Of a DNA stretch of 64,000 bases, positions 54,290-64,000 are shown one piece after another (within the stretch, counting starts at the first letter, position 1; the number at the start of each line of letters is the position of its first letter). The notes under the pieces were generated by a model. That model did no database searches, was not told the DNA's origin, and saw only the letters and a list, made by a program, of their open reading frames with translations. The translations under genes and the position numbers were made by a program. This DNA is from the human T2T-CHM13v2.0 reference genome, Homo sapiens: NCBI RefSeq assembly GCF_009914755.1, contig NC_060928.1. One strand, given 5' to 3'.

Positions 54290-55350
54290 ACTAATACAAC
54301 CTTTCTGTGTGTTCATTCACACTCCTTTTCTCTTCCTTCTTTTTGCTACCCATCTTATACGGTCTAATCACTCACTCCTTAATCTCTCAGATTCTAATCT
54401 CTTTTCAGCACCTATTTTCTGAAAGGCCAGCAACCTCCCAATCAATAAATCCATTTTTTTTTCATCTTCCTTGACAGCTCTGTGGAGCTAGTCAACACTG
54501 ACCAACCTTCCTCTTTGTCTTAAAATTCTTCCATAATTTGTTTTTCAGGACACTGCACTACTTGCTTCCCTCCCCCACCCTTTTTTTCTTACTACTCTTA
54601 ATCTTGTAACTGAAAGCTGATCTTTTCATTCTCCATATGTCAGTGTCAGTATTTCTCAAGGTTCTTTGATCATTTTCTCCTTCAATGTTTATTTCTCGAG
54701 TCATTTTCAAAGATCACTTCTGTAAGGATGCCTCCCAAATCTTTATTCCAAACCCTGTGGCTGTTTGCTTAATAAAAAAGTCATTTCCAACCAGCTTTTT
54801 TGCACATCCCACTCTAAGGAGTTTGGAAGTAGAGATACTTGCTTTATCAGCTTTCCTTGCTACTATTGGTAGCCATGGGACACAATTTTGGCAAATGAAA
54901 TTAGAGAAAAAAGTCTAAGAGAGGTGTACTTTCTTGAATAAAAGGGACAAAATCAGAGGTACTACTCCTTTCCCCTTTGCTTCCTGGCTTATAAAGCAAA
55001 CATAAGGCCTTAGAACTTTTGCATTTATCTTGCAACTATGCAGTGAGAGACAAGCATGTGAACTAAAGGTCAAGATGATTAGCATGGTAAAGTGGAAAGA
55101 GAAAAATCCTGGGCCTTTGATAATATCATTAGGAATCTGACCCAATAACAGCAAGTGCCCACACCTGGACTTTTTGCTGTGTGAGGGAAAAAATAAAGCC
55201 TAATTATTTAAGCTACTATTAGACAGACGTCTCTAGACAATAAAAATCTTGTCACTGTATCTTCATTCCATTCACTTATTTCCAAATTATTGCTTTGATA
55301 TTTCTACATGGATATCCATCTGCAGGTCAAATTTATTATAATGAAAATCA
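54290..55350 (+). mobile_element. L2 fragment interrupted by an MLT1 LTR
   Basis: caacctccca...catcttccttgacagctc...gatgcctcccaaatctttatt; resumes at tccaaattattgc...gatatcc. Confidence 0.65.
54756..55225 (+). mobile_element. MaLR solo LTR (MLT1I/J-like)
   Basis: cagctttccttgc...gccatgggacacaattttggcaaatga...cctgggcctttgataatatcatt...aaataaagcc...tttaagctact. Confidence 0.78.
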
Positions 55351-57349
55351 AATTGATATAAAGAGGCCTGTGCATATGTCATTTCTTTATAGTTTCTTAA
55401 TACATGGTAGCATTTTATATGGAATAAGTATTGAAATATTTAAGTAAATTAGTAAATTGTGACACAACTGAAACCTAGTGTAGCAAATATAATTTCTAGG
55501 AACTTTCAATTAGTGGAAATAGCATGAAGATATATAGTTCTTCTTCCCACCTGACTATTTTCATCTTGATATTATCAGCATCCTGGGATAAGATCTCATG
55601 ATGACCTGAAAACATGGCTTTGTTCCTCTCAGATGTCAGTTCTTCTACACTGAAGTCACATATATAACCCAGCTAACCTAAAACAGGCACCAAATGATAC
55701 TGACTTCTTGTAATGATGACAGCTATTACACAGCAATGTAAGGTAGCATTATCAAAATGGAACAATTGAAAGGTCATCAGAGCATTTTGGCATGTGTTTT
55801 CAGATCCACTGACTCTCTGAGCTTGATGCGTTATCTAACACAGTTACTCTAGACACCTGTGGACACTTCAAAAAGTGAGTCCCTTTCCCTCCTTAAGAAA
55901 TTCAACTTTAAAAGGCCGCTCTTAGCCACATCTCCAAGTATGGTTATCATCAGCAATGAGCTAAGTGGAAATCATCACCCAACTCAAATTATTAATGGAG
56001 TTATGTACCTTAATACTGTTCCTGAGAAACTTCCTATAGTTCAGTGGATTCATGGTGGAAAACTCTGAATCTGGCCCACATTTCAATCTGATTTTGAGCA
56101 AATTACTCAAATTCAGTTTCCAGTTGCCTAATCCACATGGTAATACGACAAGGTCCCTATTGAGGATCAAATGTGGTGCTCTCTGTACAAATTATTTGTA
56201 ATTAATGAAGTTTTAAATCATTTATTTGTTCTCTATTTTATGTAATGTCACAAATCGAGTTAACACTGCTGCAAGTGCTATGTATAGCCATAATGTTACA
56301 TTACCATTTCCTTTAATTTTTCATGCATTAACACCACTTATACTCCTATTTGATGTTTAAGTAATGGCACTTAAGCCTTAATTCGATTTCATCTTTAATG
56401 TTTCCAAGAGTCTAACTGGTTAAGTTATTTTTTTCTCACAGGAAAAAAAAAATTTTTAAAACAAATTTTAGGTGGCTCCAAACAATCTAACCTGGTTAAA
56501 CATTGGTCCATTTCACGAATTTTTCCTGAAATTCGTAAATTTCAGGCTAGTGAAGAAACATTTTGCTGATCTTTTTTTTCTGACAAATGTCTTAGAAGGA
56601 AGCAAAGTAGGATTGTGAGGAAAGTTAAAAAAAAAAAAATCCTTATCTGCTGCTTTTACCTTCTGCCATGTCCAAGGTCAAAGAATCCTACAAAAGCCTT
56701 TCATTTGGAGCAGTTTGAATGATGTCTCAAATATCAAACTGGATGACGACTCAGAGTCAGAAGAGTGAAAAAGAGGGACAAGGTAACATGCTGCTCAAAT
56801 AAGTATGATTTCGAAAGTGAATCTGGAAGAAGAGGGGTTTTTCTCTCCTTATTCTTTCTTATGTGTGGCTCAAGAAGACACAACCATAGGCATATTGCCA
56901 TCTGTAATGTAGGCAGAAATGAGAATCAGGTATCAAAATGACATTATTATGATGGAAAATATGAGCATTCATATGCAGTAATCATGTTTTTCAGTTTCTC
57001 TCTTTTCAAAAAAATACTCAAGAAATGAATGTTGGACTATCAGAATGCAGAGTATTAGAGTAATTAAATACTAAAATAAATACAGAAAAAATAAGTACTT
57101 ATTCATTACTCTTCATAGATTTCAAATTCAAACAACCCTGGTGCACCAGCATAAGCTCTGCACCCAGCCACAAGTCCCCTGACAAAAACATATGTAACAT
57201 ATCCAGCCTGATCAATACACTGTGACCATAAGCAACCTTTTGGAGTCAGATACCGTCAAACTGCTAAATCTTATCTTGGAAATACACAGTGTCACTAGGA
57301 AAGAATCCCTGAGTTGAAGAAAAATATCTGTAGTAAATAATGCTGATAA

Positions 57350-57560
57350 TTGCACTACTATTGTATTTCCTGTTTCCAAAGTACTTTTACATGTGTGTCT
57401 TATTTTCCTTCCAGTAGTCGACAGAGCAGGTGCTGAAGTCTCCATTTTAGAGCTGGAGAAACTGGGACTCAAAAAAGATAACTTGTCCAAAGTCACATAG
57501 TAAGCAGCCGATCTGAGACTAGAACTTTTGGCTCTAAATTTTATGTTCTTTCAGTGTGCC
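57350..57560 (-). mobile_element. MIR
   Basis: ccattttagagctggagaaactggg...acttgtccaaagtcacatagtaag. Confidence 0.78.
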
Positions 57561-60500
57561 ATCATGATTGAGAAGGAATCTGTGAGCAAACAGAGTTGTA
57601 GCCTTGACCCCTAGGTACAGCTGTTTCCAACACTATGTGAGCCTGATTTTCCCATAACAGTGTTTAAAAACCTTGCTCGGGCACCCATTGGTGGGGTTTT
57701 CAAGTGCCTCTTACAGTCTATTGTAATAGCTCATATCCAGTTTGGTATTATCTTTTCTCAGACACTTGTGTAGGTTGCAAGTTCAAAGTCAAACTAATGC
57801 CAAGGGCAAGCAACTATTTATTCCACATGTATGCTAGGGAAGGCAGAATGGGAAGGCAATAAAACAGAATCTGAAAGACATGTTCCTGTCTTTAAGCCTA
57901 CATTAATTGAAAAGATTCTCTCCTTAGAGAGGAGAATATGTCTCTGAATATTAACATTGCCCTAGGACTATTTTGGCTTTTCTCAGCTACAAATGAACTT
58001 GAGCCTAGGATTTAAAGTTTAAAGCCTTACTTAATGTACATATACATACAATTTTGTGAATATCACTCAATGCACATGCTTATAATTAAAACACTGTGTA
58101 TGTGTGAATACACAACCACATGTCCAGAGTTTCCAACATGAGGTCCCACTACCCTTGTTGCTATGAAGCCACAACAAGCAGCTATGCACATTTCACTATG
58201 CCTCAACTTAAATTCAAAAATGAAAAGCAAATGTAGTAGTTGCTAACATATGTTTCAAACTCCCTGAGTGGGGTAGGGGGTGCGGGTTGTGGTGAGTTAG
58301 CTCTTGTTATTCTTAAATCCTATCCAATTAATATTTTCTTAGGAAGCTGCTTCCTCATATTCCAAAATGCCGATATAACTATCAGTGCCCTTTTCAAAAA
58401 ACCCAAAATGGCAATTTTTTAAAAATCAGTACATTACATAAAATTTAAATATCACTATAGGCCCCATATCTTCCTATACAACTCTATCTAGGGCTTTCCA
58501 AAAGCTGCTGTCTCTATCATCATTACCCAAGTTTGTAAGAAAGACCAATATCCTTGTGAATTCACACTATGAATTCCTTAGGACATGGTATAGTGAGCAG
58601 CTGCAACCTCAGCATTTAGCTCCATTCTCAATGAGCACATCTTCAAAGAGAGCTTTACTTAATGCCACGAAACTGAAGGAATCAGGCTCATGGCAATATA
58701 AGAAGAAATTCTTTGTGATGTGGAAACAGATGTCCCCTAACATTTTTCAGCATGTGACATCACCTTCTGCCTTGGTACACATAACTTTTTTCAGTAAGCT
58801 TAAAAATAATTTTCACATGAGTTTAAATACCAACCCCAACCTAGTTGCAATTATCATTCCATTCACATGACTCCAAGGAAAGCCTGTGTTTCTTTAAAAC
58901 GTCCTTTTGTTCCTGCTGTGCAGCCTATAAAACCTTACAGTAATTAAAAGCTATTCCTAGCCAAAGCAGACTAACATTTTATATTACTTATAAATAACTA
59001 GTTTCTGCTCTTTTCTAGTCAGAAGAAATATTTTGGCAATATATCACATATCAGCTTGGCAAAGCCAAGCAGTAATGGGAAGCCATGCAAGACATGTGTC
59101 CTCAGTGTCCACGTCAGGCACTGTGTAAGGGATCACAACCATCAGATTGAGGGTTCATATGCATCCACCTGTACTCACAGCTGTGCCAGGAATGCTACTG
59201 TGTAGGCAAGACCAGGTAGAGCTGGCCAGCCAGGTGCTGGAGGCCTAAGCCACTAGGCAAATGGTGACAACTGCAGAGTACTTGAAAGTCGTAAGAATGA
59301 AGTAAATATCTCAGAGTCCAGGGAAATAACTTGAGGCAGAAATAAACTCTAAGTTCAGGGTCCCAGTTTCACTCACAAATCCCAGTGGTCAGTTATCAGA
59401 TCACTTGACTGGCGTTAGCAGGAGAAAGATAAGTGCTCCTAGATCCACTGTGAAACATGAATTACTTATCCTGTTTACTGACTAAAACATAGCAAAGGAT
59501 CATGCTCCTACATGCTGTTGCAGATCTTCGCATTCCCTTTAAAGTTTCCCCTAGTTATTTCAAGGAGTTCCCTGGGGCTTCATCAAGTATTGCAAATGGC
59601 TGTCACTTTCTTCCTCTTCTGCTCCGACCCACCTTGGTAATATTTTCAGCTGCTGCTTCATTCTCTACAGACGTTGAGCAGGCCCCTCACTTATCCCTAG
59701 GCACTGACAGCCCTGTCTCACACCCATCAGTATTTCTCCAGGCTATCACTTGCTCAAAACGGTCCCTCCCATAGGAAACTGTGGCAATCCTGATGTATTG
59801 AATCTTCAAGATGCAAAAGAGACACTTCTCTCAGGACAATGTATTTTGTGTAGAAGTAATGGGAATGGCACTCTTCTTTTTAAATGATATTTATTTTATT
59901 AGAAATAATAAAATCTTTCAGAAAGGCTATTAACATAAGTGTTTTATTATGCTATTATTTCATATTTTCTTTATTTTTCCCTCACCTCCTCATCTACTTC
60001 TCCTTATTTCATCTACTGTATGTATCCTCCCATATTTTTCTGCATACTCATAATAGTCACATATAATATATATCATGTAAATGTAAACAAAAATAAACAT
60101 ACCTAAATACATTTTTCATTATTAGTTTTTTTAAAGTGGAATTATGTTAAATACTATTTCTGAAACATCCTGCTTTTCCCAATCATGCAATATTTTGTGG
60201 TTCTTCGAAGTCTGCTTTTAGAGCTCCAATTTATTACATCCTTCTTTTTTGTAAGGCTTCATTATATCACCTCATGTGGATGCATCAGAATTTATTCACA
60301 CATTCCCCTACTGATAAGCCTTCATTCTTTCTAATTTTTCACCATTATAAGCAATACTCAACCACGATTTTCCATATATCTTTAAGTCCTGGTGTTTTGT
60401 TTCTATGAGGTTCAAAATTAAGAGTAACATTGCTGGATCAAAATGTACACTTATTTTCATTTGAATAATTGCTGGCAGATTTTTTTAAAGGATGCAAAAA

Positions 60501-61526
60501 TTTACATTCAATCAGCAATGTATGAGAGTACGCTTTTTCTCACATCCTGCCAGCAATGGTTTTTAAAATTCTTGCCAGTCTTATAAGTGAATATTGATAA
60601 TCACATTGCTATTTTAATTTTGTGTTTCTAATAAAAGACAAAGCATTTTTTCATGTTTCTTGTTTTTATTTTACTGATTTGGATTTGTTTTACTGAAGAG
60701 AGCTTCCTCAAATCCTTTGCTCCATTTTTGACCTTTCTGAAATCCGAACTCTCTATATATTATAGAGATTAACCCACTAGCCTCTGAATTGCAAATAATT
60801 TTTCATATCTAATTTTCATCTTATTTATGCCATACATATAAAATGTTTAGATTACGATACAGTCATAAATTACCATATATGTCTTTTCTGGACTTCTTAA
60901 GAAAACTTTCCCTACTCCTTGCCTCTAGATTGTACAAATAGTCTTTCAGATTAACTTGCAGAAGTTGTAGTGTAGTTTAATTTTCTACACTTAAATAATC
61001 CAAATGAAGTTCATTTTTACACATAGAATATAATAAACTGTAATATTATTTTCTTCTAGAAGGATAGTCATTTTACCTGCACTTTTTTTCTAAAATAACC
61101 CGTTCTTTACCTATTAACTAAAACCATCAAAATCATAGTTAATTATCATGAATCTTGCAGTCTGCTTCAGGATTCAATATTTTTCCTCACTCTTCTTTTT
61201 GTCTATTACAATTAAAAAAACTATGCAAATTTGATTGTAGTTTTATGTTATGTTTCAATGCCTGATCAGGTAAGTCTTACTATTATTTTTAAAATTCCTT
61301 GGCTATTCTTGGATATTGATATTTACCCATAATTTTAAAGAAAAAAACGTATCTAATTCCCAACATTCCTCTCCATAAAAAATACTTTTGAGATTTTATT
61401 TAAAATTATGTTAAATTTATGCATTGAATTTGGGACAGTTTCTATTTGTACTTTTCTTTCAACAGAAATGTATTCCCATCTGTAAAGATCTTATTGTATA
61501 TTGTTCAATAATATTTTATATTTTTC

Positions 61527-61821
<295 letters not shown>

Positions 61822-61983
61822 CATACATACACATATACATATATATATATATTTACATTTATGTTTATATATTATATATTATATATATACTATAAATATA
61901 TATATTTATATATTATATATATACTATAAATATATACATTTATATATTATATATATTTATATATATATTTATATTTATATATA
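61822..61983. repeat. (TA)n-rich tract extending the Alu tail
   Basis: Read directly from the sequence. Confidence 0.95.
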
Positions 61984-63582
61984 AAAAATTAGGTCATTGA
62001 TTTACAAATACATTTACCTGTAACCAACAAACTTATTAAATGAACACATTAGGTCTTTATTTACCAAGGTGTCTTGGGCTGTCTAGATATTTCAATCATA
62101 GTAACAGAAATAATTTTGTGTACTCCTCCCAAATTTTAAATAATTTTCTCATCGTCTTTCCTACAGAGTCCGAGAAAATATTGAATAATAATGATGATAG
62201 TGGTTAACTTAGTGTCTAGCAGAAATAATTTAAGCATTTAATTGTTTAGAATATTTATATTACCTTTTAAGGACTTATTTTTACTATAGTCTTATATTTC
62301 TCTTTTTCTAGTAAGTGTGGCCATGAGATTTATTAAATGCCTCTTAGCAATGAGTTTTCTCCTTTAGTTATTAACAAAATGGATTGTGTTGATAGATGTA
62401 CTGATATTAAGCCACTTTTGCTTTCCTGAATTAAACATTACTTGGTCCGAGTATAATTTTTTTCATAGATTAATCCTACTGAACACTGTTACATTTATAA
62501 TCTTTGCACCTATGCTTTTAATTGAAATTTACTTATAGCTGTTAAAAAAACATTCATCAGGTTTTAGTATTAAACCTACCTAGTCCTCATAAAATATACT
62601 TTGGAAGCTTTCTTTTTTTCCCAATATAGTCACAGTCATACTGCTTATGTACCAGTGTTTCAAATATTTCTATTACAATACCCATAAAAGGTGCTTGAAA
62701 GAATAACTGCTTACCACCTAGGCTATGAGGTTGTGGGTAAAACCTAACTGCCTAAATTTCTACTTCCTTATCATGAGCTTCCTAACATCTTCTGAGCAGA
62801 CACCCATCAAAACAGAGTTATGTGGACATGTCAAAATTCCAATCTGTGGACACAATAGGCTCAAAGTAGATCTGCCTTGCAACTTAACTCAACCACTCCT
62901 CTCAATAGTATCCCATGATGCTTAAAAATGAAACTGCTCACTATTCAAACACTGATAAGAGAAAAAAAAGTCATATTTTTACCAGAAAAAAAAATCTATT
63001 GTTTTTGGACATGTGTAGTAATAGTTCAGAAATATAAGCTTCAAGGATAATCATTAATATTCACAACAGTGGTTGCACAGGCAGGAGGGAAAGGAGAGGA
63101 GATTGAGAAGGGGGATATAGAGGACCTTGACTTTATTTATGAAGTTTTGTGCTTTGAATAATATCCGGGTGGCGGGAACACAGGTGTGAGCTTATTATTC
63201 ATGTGACCTCTCTGCATGTCCAGCTATTTCACAAGAAAACTGTTGTGTCTCATTAAGTTACCATCGTGCAGCTGTCAAGAAGCTCATGTGATGTCTTGCA
63301 CTTGGCCAACCATCCTGCAGACATTTGAACAGGTGACTGAGCAAGTTGTCTCAAGTTGTCTCAGCTCTGAGGACCTCAAGATCCACTTATACTCAAATTC
63401 TGGATGAGTTAGCTATCTTGGGAAGAAAAGTGTGATCAGTAAGTTTCCAATCTGACATAGCTTCTAAAAATGTTCAAGAATTCCAGTACATGTGGGTTAA
63501 GACAAAAGAAATACCTTAGAAAAAACAGGTATTAACTCAATTAGTTAGTAACAACTTCACTAAATTACATTCCAATGAATTA

Positions 63583-63950
63583 CAGTCATGCATTGCATAA
63601 TGATGGGGATAGACTCTGAGAAATGCGTCATTAGGAGATTTTGTCATTGTGTGAACTTTGTAGAGTGTACCTACACAAACCTAGATAGTATTGCCTACTA
63701 CATACTTAGGCTTTATGAAATAACCTATTGCCCCTTGGCTGCAAACCTGTACAGCATGTGACTGTACTGAATACTGCAGGCAATTGTAACACAATGGTAA
63801 GTATTTGTATATCTAAACATATCTAAACACAGAAAAGATACAGTACACCTACAGTACTAGAGTCTTATAGGATCACCATTGATCTTATGGAATCACCATT
63901 GCATATGCAGTCCATCATTGATCAAAACATCATTATGCAGCGCATGACTG
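63583..63950 (+). mobile_element. Tigger3a (MER7A)-like TcMar MITE, complete
   Basis: 23-bp TIRs CAGTCATGCATTGCATAATGATG / CAGTCATGCGCTGCATAATGATG and TA target duplication on both sides. Confidence 0.93.
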
Positions 63951-64000
63951 TATATCTCTTGATTATAATGCCCTTTAATTTATTTTTATTTTATTTAACT

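Noticed and set aside
56667-56768. Acidic peptide ...WSSLNDVSNIKLDDDSESEE*
   Set aside because: No clear acceptor or start, and no recognised protein; probably chance.

Overview
AT-rich primate (human-like) genomic DNA, intronic or intergenic, with a large share made of interspersed repeats: Alu (J/S/Y), L1, L2, MIR, MaLR/ERVL/ERV1 solo LTRs, and hAT/Tc1 DNA-transposon fossils. I recognise no protein-coding gene, RNA gene or CRISPR array. The supplied ORFs are repeat-derived or chance ORFs. Repeat subfamily names come from recalled consensus sequences and boundaries are approximate; RepeatMasker/Dfam would settle both. The most distinctive feature is at 45188-45639: a HERV-H 3' end (LTR7 U3-R, no U5) with a poly(A) tail, a 16-bp target-site duplication at a TTTT/AAAA site and a 5' inverted piece of HERV-H internal sequence. 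This reads as an L1-mobilised, twin-primed retrocopy of a HERV-H transcript rather than a solo LTR. Several minus-strand splice-signal pairs (best: 41581-41661; a possible terminal exon at about 5100-5459), together with strand biases of LTRs and homopolymer runs, suggest a minus-strand, probably non-coding host transcript. A strong CTCF-like site (32584) and a liver/endoderm-type TF motif cluster (27501-27731) lie in repeat-poor DNA.
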